Source: Candidatus Rokuibacteriota bacterium
Lineage (GTDB): Bacteria > Methylomirabilota > Methylomirabilia > Rokubacteriales > CSP1-6
DNA: 61,132 nt
Assembly: GCA_005887895.1 (NCBI GenBank)
Contig: VBPC01000157.1
Span: forward strand, 1 to 61,132
Direction: 5' to 3'
Both the position numbers and the translations under genes were made by a program. Positions 10,401-17,546 of the stretch are shown piece after piece; position 1 is the first letter of the stretch, and each line of letters begins with the position of its first letter. The notes under the pieces were generated by a model. That model had not been told where the DNA came from. It ran no database searches and saw only the letters and a list, made by a program, of their open reading frames with translations.

Positions 10401-11524
10401 GGCCGCGCCGGCGGCACCAGCGCCGCGCGCAGCAGCGCGATGCGCCGACGCTCCCACCGGCGGCCGGAGGCCGGCGCCGGCACGACGCTCGGGCGGGCGG
10501 CCGCCGGCGCCGACGCCGCCGGCGGAGTGCTGACGACCCGCGGGCGCGCCGCCGGCCGCGGCGCCGTCTCGCGCTCGCGCAGCCGGTACCTGTCCATGCG
10601 GGCGCGAAGCGTGTTGCGCGAGATGCCGAGCAGTGCTGCCGTCCGCGAGATGTTCCCGCGCGTCTGGCCCAGCACGTCCACGAGGTGCTGGCGCATCGCA
10701 TCGTCGAGCGAGACGGTCTCCGTCCGCGCCGGCGCGGCGGCCGCGGGGTCCTCGGCGACGCCGAGCGCCTCCGCCGTCAACTCGTCCGAGGAGGATTGCA
10801 GGACCGCCCGCTCGATCACGTTGGACAGCTCGCGGACGTTGCCGGGCCAGGCGTAGGCGCGCAGCGCGGCCACCGCGCCGGGGGCGAGCGTGCGGCGCGC
10901 GACGCCGTAGTCGACGCACACGCGCGCGAGGAAGTGCTCGGCCAGCGCGACGACGTCGTCACCACGCTCACGCAGGGGCGGCAGCATCACGGTCAGCACG
11001 GCGAGCCGGTGGTAGAGGTCCTCGCGGAAGCGCCGCTCGCGCATCGCTGCCCGCAGGTCCTCGTTCGTCGCGGTGAGGATCCACACGTCGATCGGCTCGT
11101 CGCGCGTCGCGCCGAGCCGCCGCACGCTGCGCTCTTCGAGCACCTTGAGCAGCTTCGCCTGGAGCGCCTCGGGCAGGAGCCCGACCTCGTCGAGGAAGAT
11201 CGTGCCCCGGTGGGCCGCCTGGAACAGGCCAGGCTTGGAGCGGCGGGCGTCGGTGAACGCCCCGCGCTCGAAGCCGAACATCTCGGCCTCCAGCAGCGTG
11301 TCGGGGATCGCCGCGCAGTTGACGTCCACGAAGGGGCCGTCCGGGCGAGGGCCGGCGCGATGGATCATCCGCGCGAGCAGCCCCTTGCCGCTGCCGGTCT
11401 CGCCCTGGATGAGGATCGGCGGCAGCCGCCGGACCTCCTGCTGGCGCTCGAGCAGCCGGGCGACCTTGTCGCGGACGGCCCGTATGCCCGGACTGTCCCC
11501 CAGGAGGTCGGTCAACGCCTTCAT
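7445..11524 (-). CDS. sigma54 enhancer-binding protein (AAA+ plus Fis HTH) fused to a degenerate class III cyclase-like domain, a STAND-type P-loop NTPase and TPR-like repeats
   Basis: GETGSGKG, GAFTDA, IFLDEV, FREDLYHRL; HTH GNISRTAALLGISRNTL; second P-loop GEAGIGKS with LVLVVEDLHWID; helical C-terminus; no N-terminal receiver domain. Confidence 0.92.
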   Translation of the reverse strand: MKALTDLLGDSPGIRAVRDKVARLLERQQEVRRLPPILIQGETGSGKGLLARMIHRAGPRPDGPFVDVNCAAIPDTLLEAEMFGFERGAFTDARRSKPGLFQAAHRGTIFLDEVGLLPEALQAKLLKVLEERSVRRLGATRDEPIDVWILTATNEDLRAAMRERRFREDLYHRLAVLTVMLPPLRERGDDVVALAEHFLARVCVDYGVARRTLAPGAVAALRAYAWPGNVRELSNVIERAVLQSSSDELTAEALGVAEDPAAAAPARTETVSLDDAMRQHLVDVLGQTRGNISRTAALLGISRNTLRARMDRYRLRERETAPRPAARPRVVSTPPAASAPAAARPSVVPAPASGRRWERRRIALLRAALVPPARPEATLETARALEEIVEKVRTFGGRVEGIGPIGLVAAFGLDAVGDAADRAAHAALAMVKAVERARRDKRSEVAVKLGVHATPALVSLASGGVELDMDERRDLWPLLDELVERAPLDGITVSAVTAPLLTRRFGLAPGAGPAGGAPTQLLVGRERTGLGPGARMVAFVGRQHELELLESRLASAVRGQGQVVGLGGEAGIGKSRLVYEFRQTLAARDVDCLEAQCLSYGSVVPYLPVLDLLRAACRLSESDTPEVTSEKLRRALEELGLDGGELAPYLLHALGVKEGSQDLAVQNHEALKTRIFEVLRQSLRRRARQRPLVLVVEDLHWIDATSQEFFDSLVDGLAGTAIVLICTYRPGYRPPWIEKSYATQVALQPLDAGEARRVVRGVLGEREVPDALVDLILAKAEGNAFFLEELALAMRDPGGIEQPVVPDTVQDVLLTRIDRLPAAERGLLRSAAVIGKDFPVSVLQAIAGVAAEAVRRGLAHLEGLEFVHESGGSAEPEYTFKHALTHEVAYGSVAEDERSSLHARILHELERLYGERIGEHLDHAAHHAVRGAVWDKAFAYLRRAGVKAYADGAHREAVACFERALAALGQLPPTSEQIGRAIDLRFELRTALLPLGEVERGLQYVREAERLADELGDPRRLAQLAAYRIGQLYFMGAHAQAWEAGQRALELRDTFDDVALRVTINTYLGQVLHSLGDYRRAADFFRANVEALVGEQSRERFGLPQLPSVHSRTCLVWALVALGDFRQAMERAGEAVAIAETADQPLSRTVAYAGLGVAWLGRGDAARAISVLEPALALIREWNIPLWFPRVASALALAYARAGREADGGALAERAVERASAMRLVGGLSLLVGNHAAACLAAGQVSEAAVLAARALALAREHGERGYEARASRVAGAAATRQGDVVTSAAALAEALKLAEGLGMQPLVGQCHVDLARVKHQVGDGHAAAAHLAAARAIFAATDMTGWTGRSDAELLESV

Positions 11525-11566
11525 GCCCCGGCATCTTAACCCTCACCAGCGCTCGCCGGGCGGCTT

Positions 11567-11614
11567 GGTGTTCAAGTGTTGACCACCCCGGGCCGCGTTG
11601 ACCCCCTGACCACC
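11567..11614. promoter_or_regulatory. candidate upstream activator sequence
   Basis: Palindrome GGTGTTCAA-GTG-TTGACCACC (8/9 arm match) at 11567-11587; extra half-sites TTGACC at 11598 and TGACCACC at 11607. Confidence 0.55.
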
Positions 11615-11646
11615 AGCCAAGTACTCGATCTGATGTGGATCTCCTT

Positions 11647-11662
11647 TGGTACCCGGCTTGCG
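11647..11662 (+). promoter_or_regulatory. sigma54 -24/-12 promoter
   Basis: TGGTAC-CCGGC-TTGCG with exact GG-N10-GC spacing, next to a bEBP gene. Confidence 0.75.
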
Positions 11663-11730
11663 TGGGTCAGCGCGCCGTGAGCAATCAGACGATGGGCGAC
11701 GAGAACGTGAGCGCGTCGAGCGAGGCCGAC

Positions 11731-12303
11731 ATGGCCGAGTCGTGGGTGACGCGGTGGTACACGCCGCTCGTCGCGATCGGCGTGGCGCTGCTCATCGTGC
11801 TGGTTCTCGCGCTGGCCATGGTCGAGTTCCTCGTGGCGAACGCGCCCGAGGTGACGGGCCCAGCGGCGTGGACGAAGCCGCTGGCGCGCGTCGACGAGGC
11901 GCTGACCGACGGCGACGTCGCCCAGGCGCTGGCCTGGTGGCGGGAGGCGCGCGTGGCCGCGCTGCGTAGCGGGCAGTGGGAGGCCATGATCGAGGTCGGC
12001 GATGCGTCGCGCCGCCTCGGCGGCCGAAGCGGCTTCCGCCACGACGGCGACGCCCTCGCCCGCCACGCCTACCTGACCGCCCTTGCCCGCGCGCGCGGCC
12101 TGCACTCGGTCGACGGCGTGCTGCGCGCCGCCATCGCGTTCGATGAGCTCGGCGACCGCGACCGCGTCGCGCACGCGATGCACATCGCCGAACGTCAGGC
12201 CCGACGCGACCCCCGCGCGCGGGAGCACGTTCGCGCGGTCGCCGATCGCTGGATGACACAGTCGGTCCGGGGACAACACCCGACTTCGGGAGGACAGCCA
12301 TGA
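11731..12303 (+). CDS. membrane-anchored all-helical hypothetical protein (paralog 1)
   Basis: GAGG RBS 5 nt upstream; one hydrophobic helix (LVAIGVALLIVLVLALAMVEFLV); aligns along its length with the next ORF. Alternative start at 11692; the track start 11635 lies upstream of the promoter. Confidence 0.75.
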   Translation: MAESWVTRWYTPLVAIGVALLIVLVLALAMVEFLVANAPEVTGPAAWTKPLARVDEALTDGDVAQALAWWREARVAALRSGQWEAMIEVGDASRRLGGRSGFRHDGDALARHAYLTALARARGLHSVDGVLRAAIAFDELGDRDRVAHAMHIAERQARRDPRAREHVRAVADRWMTQSVRGQHPTSGGQP

Positions 12304-12767
12304 TCACGGAGACGACGCGCCCACTCGAGCCGTGGACCGCGCACCTGGAGGCGATGGACGTCGCGATCGCCGCCAACAATGCCAGCGCCGCGGTCCTGGC
12401 GTGGCGGCACGCCTATGCCGCCGCGCTCGATCAGCCGGGCTGGCGCGGGCTCGTCGAGGTCGCCGGCGCCGCGCTGCGGATCGGCACGATTCCCGGCTTC
12501 AAGAAGGCCGCCGAATCGCGCGCGCGCGAGAGCTACTGGACTGCGCTGTTCCGCGCGCGCCGGCAGGGCTCGCTCAACGGCGTGCTCGACACGGCCGAGG
12601 CGTTCGGCACCCTGGGCGATCGCGTGATGGTCGAGCAGTGCATCCGCATCGCCGAGCGTCTGGCCGTGCTGACCGGCGATGCCGACGCCGCAGATCGTGT
12701 GCGGGGGCTGGCGGCCGATCTCGCCCAGCGCTACGTCGAGGTGGACCCGACGACGCGGCGGCCGTGA
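12300..12767 (+). CDS. soluble all-helical hypothetical protein (paralog 2)
   Basis: GGAGG RBS and ATGA overlap; shares W...AAL...W..(M/L).EV, AL.RAR, GVL..A.AF..LGDR and IAER with paralog 1. Confidence 0.8.
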   Translation: MITETTRPLEPWTAHLEAMDVAIAANNASAAVLAWRHAYAAALDQPGWRGLVEVAGAALRIGTIPGFKKAAESRARESYWTALFRARRQGSLNGVLDTAEAFGTLGDRVMVEQCIRIAERLAVLTGDADAADRVRGLAADLAQRYVEVDPTTRRP

Positions 12768-12773
12768 GGGGGC

Positions 12774-13239
12774 TCAGCCCTCGGCGGCGATCTTCGGGAA
12801 GGCCTGACGCTGCGCGTGGTCCGCGCACACGATCAGGACGTCGCCCGGTTGCAGCGGCCACCGCCGGCCCCACGGTGACTTCCTCGACCGGAGTCGAGAA
12901 AGTCGCCGACGAGCTTGCGGAGCGCCGGGCTCCTGGACCGGATCGACCTCGATCACGACGAACGGCGTGCGGGTCGCCAGCAGCTCGCGCGCGATGGCGC
13001 GGCCGGCCACCGCCGCCGACGATGATGTGCCGGTTGAGCGCGGCGATGCGTCGTGCCGAGGCCCAACACGATGAGGATCATCGTGAACCCACGGCCGGTG
13101 GTGGAGAGGGGATGGACTTCCATGTAGCCGACCGACGAGATCGGGCTCCAGCCTTCGATGAGCTGGTAGTCGAGTGTGCGAACGCGATCACCCCCACGAG
13201 CAGGATGACGATCTGCAGGAGGCGCTCGCGTGGGCTCAC
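12774..13239 (-). pseudogene. eroded potassium channel (2-TM pore plus TrkA-N/TrkA-C) remnant
   Basis: Fragments across frames: MSPRERLLQIVILLVGVIAF / LDYQLIEGWSPI / SSVGYMEVHPLSTTGRGFTMILIVLG / RIAALNRHIIVGG / GRAIARELLATRTPFVVIEVDP / LQPGDVLIV; only 466 bp remain. Confidence 0.72.
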
Positions 13240-13283
13240 GCGGGCGCGAGGCTAGCGGAAACGGCAGGGGGTCGCCGGTCCGC

Positions 13284-13565
13284 TCAATACCGGCGGTCGC
13301 CTCGCACCGACGGCGGTGTGAGGTCGCGCGCGTGCGGATCCTTCGGCTTCTCGGTGCTGCCGCCGGGGTTCACCGCGCCCCAGCCGAGGTTCCGCATGCA
13401 CGCGTCGTCCACCTTGCCGTTCCGAGCGCAGGCCGCCCAGTCGCGCTGAAAGTCCTGCCGCGTGTAGCTCGCGTCGAGCTTCATCCACTGCCGCTCGTCG
13501 CTCACGCAGCCGCCGAGGGCCGCCGCCGTCACGACCACCGCGAACGTCCCGTCACGCCATTTCAT
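13284..13565 (-). CDS. small putative lipoprotein
   Basis: Signal peptide ending in lipobox LGG-C; pair of Cys in the mature part; TACAAT 8 nt upstream of ATG. Confidence 0.7.
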   Translation of the reverse strand: MKWRDGTFAVVVTAAALGGCVSDERQWMKLDASYTRQDFQRDWAACARNGKVDDACMRNLGWGAVNPGGSTEKPKDPHARDLTPPSVRGDRRY

Positions 13566-13610
13566 TGCGCCGCATTGTACCGGGTGTAAGGTCAGAAAAG
13601 GAACCCCGCT

Positions 13611-14315
13611 ATGAGTGACCGCTGGGCAGGCGAGGTGTGGGTCGGACTCCTCCAGGTGCGCGAGCGGTTGCTCGCCATCGTCCCCGGCCTGCTGGTCATG
13701 TTTACCCTCGTGATCCTCGGGCTGATCACCGCCTGGGTCGCGCGGGTCGCGGTGTCCCGTCTCGGCCGCGCCGTGGGAATCGACCAGGTCTTCGAGCGCT
13801 GGGGCGTGGCGCCCTCGCTACGTCGTTCCGGCGTCGTCCGCCCCGCGTCCGACGTGCTCGGTCTCATCTGCTTCTGGGCGATCTTCATCCTGTTCGCCAG
13901 CGCGGCCGTCGACGGGCTCGCCGTGCCGGGCGCACCGCTGGCGACGGCGCTGGTGGTGGCGTTCCTGCCGCCGCTCTTCACCGCTGCGCTCATCCTCATC
14001 GTCGGCTGGCTCGCCGCGAACTTCCTCAGCCAGGGCGCCCTGATTGCCGCCGTCAACGCGCGAATGCCGGAGGCGCGGCTCATCGCGCGCGGCGTCTACT
14101 GGGCCGTCCTGCTCTTTGCGGTGGCGACCGCGCTGACCCATCTCGGCATCGGCAAGGAGATGGTGCTCGTCGCATTCGGCGTCACCTTCGGCGGCGTCGT
14201 GCTCGCGCTGGCGCTGGCCTTCGGGCTCGGCGGTCGCAGCATCGCCCGCCACATCCTCGAGCGCCGTCTGCGCGCCGAGTCGCCGCCGCCGCAGGAGCGC
14301 ATAAGTCAGTTGTAG
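13611..14315 (+). CDS. CmpX-like conserved TM-helix membrane protein (MscS-associated TM_helix type)
   Basis: Multiple TM segments; FLPPLFTAALILIVGW, ALTHLGIG, LALAFGLGGR. Confidence 0.75.
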   Translation: MSDRWAGEVWVGLLQVRERLLAIVPGLLVMFTLVILGLITAWVARVAVSRLGRAVGIDQVFERWGVAPSLRRSGVVRPASDVLGLICFWAIFILFASAAVDGLAVPGAPLATALVVAFLPPLFTAALILIVGWLAANFLSQGALIAAVNARMPEARLIARGVYWAVLLFAVATALTHLGIGKEMVLVAFGVTFGGVVLALALAFGLGGRSIARHILERRLRAESPPPQERISQL

Positions 14316-14317
14316 AT

Positions 14318-14627
14318 GGGGGGCCACGAACGGGCCCCCCAAACCCCCCCGACGTTCGGAGCGCCCCGGCACAGCCGTGGCGCTCCTCTAACCCCCGACG
14401 TTCGGAGCGCCCCGGCACAGCCGTGGCGCTCGATGTATTACATAGGGGCCCCGACATGGCCCCCAAACCCCCAACGTTCGGAGCGCCCCGGCAGAGCCGT
14501 GGCGCTCCTCTATACCCCCGGAGGTTCGAAATGCCCCCGTCGAAATGCCCCCGAATGACGAGGGTCGTCACGGCTCCGCCGTGACGACCCGAGCGATGGG
14601 GGTCTGGAGGCCATGTCGGAGCCCCCA
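14318..14627. repeat. cluster of two-hairpin REP/BIME-like elements: + copies 14318-14388, 14392-14431 (half), 14445-14510; - copy 14560-14627
   Basis: GGGGGCC-loop-GGCCCCC hairpin, C-rich linker, CG(T/C)TCG, then a hairpin with a CGGC-N3-GCCG core; lies between convergent genes. Confidence 0.88.
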
Positions 14628-14630
14628 GGT

Positions 14631-15641
14631 TCAATGGTCGGGCGGGAAGAGCACGTAGCCGATGCCGGTGCGCTCCAGCCATACGCGAGCCAGTTCGTCG
14701 GCGTGGTAGCGGCGCGCGACGCCGCCCGCGCTCGCCGCCGCCGGATCGTTCACCAGCACCTCGTCGCCGTCGACGCCCGTCAGCACCAGCAGATGGCCGG
14801 GCGTCTCGGCGACGGCGGCGCCGCTCAGCTCGCCCTTCGCGTAGCGGACGGAGGCGATCACCGGCAGGCCCTGCTCGAGGCACCACGTCGCCGCCGCCCA
14901 GTCGGGGAATCGCAACAGGTAGCCGGCCACGCCGTGACGGCCGGCGGCGACGATCGCGGCCGGCCATATACCGTAGAGATCGGTGCCCGGGTGGAACATC
15001 TCCGCGGCGAGCGCGAGCGTCGGCGCCGGCCGGCGCCAGTAGTCGAGCACCATCGCCACGCACGTCGGCGAGCAGATGCGGCGCCCGAGCGCGGGATCGA
15101 CCTCCATCTGGCTCAGCGGCGGCACGGCCAGCTGCACCCCGCGCGCGGCGACGAGGCCGCGTCGAGACGGCGGCGGCGCAGCACTCGCCGAGAGGCTCAG
15201 CATCCGCGGCGCGGCGACGATCGCGTCCGGCGCCGCCGCCGGGCGCAGACGCGCACGCACGCGCACGGCTTCGAACGGCGTCGGCGAACGAAACACGTCG
15301 ATGTCGACGGCGAGGGGCGCCGAAGACGGGAGCGGCTCGAACGCGTCCGGACCCAGCGATGCGCCGGCAATCCACGGCGTCCAGGCGCCGCCGACGCGCG
15401 CCGCGACCTCGAGGCGCAGGGTGTACGACGCGTCGGTGAGCGCGCTGAACGACGGCACGAGGTGCGTCGCGCCGGCGACCGCCCACGCGGGCGTCTCGAG
15501 GATCACGTCCTTCCCCTCGACGCGGACGGCCGTGCCGGCGGTGCCGGCGGCGTCGACGCCGCGGCGGCAGGAGGGCGGGATCGCGGCGGCCAGGCGATCG
15601 ACCGGCAGGCCCCAGGCGAGGACCGACAGCCCGCTGGTCAC
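14631..15641 (-). CDS. peptidase C39-like family protein
   Basis: SQ...ICSPTCVAMVLDYW (Cys), GHLLVL (His), VLVNDP (Asp); GTG start at 15641 inferred because the track extension overlaps the divergent promoter. Confidence 0.82.
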   Translation of the reverse strand: MTSGLSVLAWGLPVDRLAAAIPPSCRRGVDAAGTAGTAVRVEGKDVILETPAWAVAGATHLVPSFSALTDASYTLRLEVAARVGGAWTPWIAGASLGPDAFEPLPSSAPLAVDIDVFRSPTPFEAVRVRARLRPAAAPDAIVAAPRMLSLSASAAPPPSRRGLVAARGVQLAVPPLSQMEVDPALGRRICSPTCVAMVLDYWRRPAPTLALAAEMFHPGTDLYGIWPAAIVAAGRHGVAGYLLRFPDWAAATWCLEQGLPVIASVRYAKGELSGAAVAETPGHLLVLTGVDGDEVLVNDPAAASAGGVARRYHADELARVWLERTGIGYVLFPPDH

Positions 15642-15739
15642 GTGCGCACCGGCGAGCGTTTCCCCTGAACACGGCAAAGAAGTTCCCTGCCCATCGCAGT
15701 CCCGGACGCGAACTCTGCGCCGGGTTTCACCCTCCCCGG

Positions 15740-15755
15740 CGGCATGTCGCTTGCA
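15740..15755 (+). promoter_or_regulatory. sigma54 -24/-12 promoter
   Basis: CGGCAT-GTCGC-TTGCA with exact GG-N10-GC spacing, 58 nt upstream of a strong RBS-ATG. Confidence 0.65.
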
Positions 15756-15813
15756 GCCCGAGTCGCGCCAAGTTCGTCCGGACTCGGCGTGCCGACACGG
15801 GAAAGGAGCGTTC

Positions 15814-16005
15814 ATGGCGACCTTCGGGAAATGTGTTTGGGATGGCTGCACCCGTCATGCGGAAAAAGAGGCGACCGGTGCCTGTCGCGCGCATCACGTG
15901 CTGATGCGGGACGCGCGATGCCAGAAGTGTCAGAGCGCGCTCACCAGTCGACGCGAGCTGGAATCTCGCGCCTGTCGTCGCTGCTCCTCCGCGCGCGCCG
16001 CCTGA
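15814..16005 (+). CDS. 63-aa Cys/His-rich double zinc-finger-like protein
   Basis: [11 protein letters not shown]; CX4C-X11-CX2HH followed by CX2C-X14-CX2C. Confidence 0.7.
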   Translation: MATFGKCVWDGCTRHAEKEATGACRAHHVLMRDARCQKCQSALTSRRELESRACRRCSSARAA

Positions 16006-16017
16006 CTCGATGGCGCG

Positions 16018-16245
16018 ATGTGCATGATCCGTCCCGCCAAACCGGCCGTGGCACCGACGTTGCACCCGGACGTCGGCATGCCGGACGAGCCGACTCCTCC
16101 CGAAGACGCCGCCCATCCCGCCGTGGTGCACCAGTTCACGGTGCTGCGCGGCATGGCCGTGGCGGTCGTGATCGAGACGCGTGACTGGTACCTGGGGTTG
16201 CTTCAGGCCGCGCTCGCCCGCGTTCGTCTGGAAGGACACAACTGA
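16018..16245 (+). CDS. possible small hypothetical protein
   Basis: Short ORF right after the zinc-finger gene; no clear RBS; start uncertain (16018 or 16078). Confidence 0.3.
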   Translation: MCMIRPAKPAVAPTLHPDVGMPDEPTPPEDAAHPAVVHQFTVLRGMAVAVVIETRDWYLGLLQAALARVRLEGHN

Positions 16246-16266
16246 GGGACTGACCCGGATCGGGGG

Positions 16267-16295
16267 CCGCGAGCGGACACGTCGTCCGCTCGCGG
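16267..16295. terminator. perfect 12-bp-stem hairpin between convergent units
   Basis: CCGCGAGCGGAC-ACGTC-GTCCGCTCGCGG followed by a pyrimidine-rich tract; no long U-run. Confidence 0.4.
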
Positions 16296-16559
16296 GACTC
16301 CCCTTTCTTCCATGCGCGGGATTGGGTACCGCGCGCTCCGGCGTGCGCCGGAGCATTCAATGACTCGAGACGGCGCCGATCGTGGCTGCTAGCGGGCCTC
16401 GACCGACGCGGCCCTCAGGTCCGGTGGCGTATTTTCCATCCGCACCCCCTTGTTGGCGGTTGCGCGTCACGACGGGACGGGATCCGCGTCCCATCACGTC
16501 CTCTCTACGCCTGCCCGGGGCCGCGGTCAAGGCCCCTGCGAACTCGCACGTGCCGTAAT

Positions 16560-17483
16560 TCACGATCCACGCAGCCGCGGATCGAGCACGTCGCGGAGCG
16601 CGTCGCCGAGCATGTTGAAGCCGAATACCGCGAGCGAGATCGCAGCGCCGGGCCAGATCGCCATCCACGGCGCGCGGAGCATGTAGGTGCGGCCGGAACC
16701 CGACAGCATGCCGCCCCACGAGGGATGCGGCGGCGGCACGCCGAAGCCGAGGAACGAGAGCGCCGACTCCGCCAGGATCACCGCGCCGAGGCCGATGGTG
16801 GCGAGGATGATGATGGTCGCGGTGACGTTCGGCAGCAGGTGGCGCACGATGATGCGGGCGTGTCCGCAGCCCATGGCGCGCGCCGCCTCCACGTACGTCT
16901 GCTGCATCGCCGTCAGCGTGGCGCCGCGGATCACCCGCGAGTTCGTGGCGGCCAGCAATAGCGCCAGCGAGAGGACGACGTTGAGCAGGCCCGGCCCGAG
17001 GACCGCCATCACCGACAGGATGATGATCAGGTAGGGGAACGACAGCCAGGCGTCGACCACCCGCTGCACGATCAGGTCCCAGGCGCCGCCGAAGTAGGCG
17101 CTGGAGACGCCGACGGCGGTGGCGGCGAGCACGGCCAGCGTGACCGTGAGGAAGCCGACCGAGATCGACACGCGCGCCCCGTACACGATCCGGCTCCACA
17201 TGTCGCGGCTGAGGTTGTCGGTGCCGAGCCAGTGGGCCGCGCTCGGGGCCTTCATGCGCGCGCCGCGGATCGAGTCGTCGTAGCCATAGGGCGCGATCCG
17301 CTCGGCGAACACCGCCATCACCAGCATGGCGCCGACGATCACCGCCCCCATCGCCCCCAGCGGCTTGCGCCGCGCAAACTTCCCCACCGTCGTGATCCAC
17401 CGGATGCCCACCGTCGACCGGGCATGTTCGAGCGCGGGCTTTGCCCGCGCCATCGGACCCTCGATCCCGACTCGCGTATTCAC
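16560..17483 (-). CDS. peptide/nickel-type ABC permease (DppC-like)
   Basis: HWLGTDNLSRDMWSRIVYGARVS, YVEAARAMG, HLLPNV, ESALSFLGFG; start could be 17453. Confidence 0.92.
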   Translation of the reverse strand: MNTRVGIEGPMARAKPALEHARSTVGIRWITTVGKFARRKPLGAMGAVIVGAMLVMAVFAERIAPYGYDDSIRGARMKAPSAAHWLGTDNLSRDMWSRIVYGARVSISVGFLTVTLAVLAATAVGVSSAYFGGAWDLIVQRVVDAWLSFPYLIIILSVMAVLGPGLLNVVLSLALLLAATNSRVIRGATLTAMQQTYVEAARAMGCGHARIIVRHLLPNVTATIIILATIGLGAVILAESALSFLGFGVPPPHPSWGGMLSGSGRTYMLRAPWMAIWPGAAISLAVFGFNMLGDALRDVLDPRLRGS

Positions 17484-17505
17484 GTTGACTCGCGTCGTTC
17501 CGCGC

Positions 17506-17541
17506 TGGGGGGCTTAGGGGAGAGCGGCGCGCTCCCCCCTA
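17506..17541 (-). repeat. intercistronic G5/C5 hairpin with C-rich linker (distant relative of the two-hairpin repeat)
   Basis: On the minus strand, a GGGGGAG...CTCTCCCC hairpin followed by TAAGCCCCC begins a few nt after the dppB stop. Confidence 0.35.
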
Positions 17542-17546
17542 TCAAT

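Noticed and set aside
14511-14556. GGTTCGAA T-loop-like motif and CGAAATGCCCCC duplication
   Set aside because: No cloverleaf or acceptor stem; it looks like debris inside the repeat cluster.
14318-14627. Possible CRISPR array
   Set aside because: Units vary in length and orientation, there are no unique equal-length spacers or cas genes, and the same unit is dispersed across the window.
15660-15740. Possible riboswitch (GGCAAA-containing) upstream of the zinc-finger gene
   Set aside because: I could not fold it into any known aptamer, and it lies upstream of the predicted promoter.
15642-15851. N-terminal extension of the C39-like ORF given in the track
   Set aside because: Overlaps the divergent sigma54 promoter and zinc-finger gene, and shows no protein-like pattern.
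16390-16440. 16-codon minus-strand ORF (MENTPPDLRAASVEAR) with a G-rich upstream tract
   Set aside because: Too short to support without conservation data.
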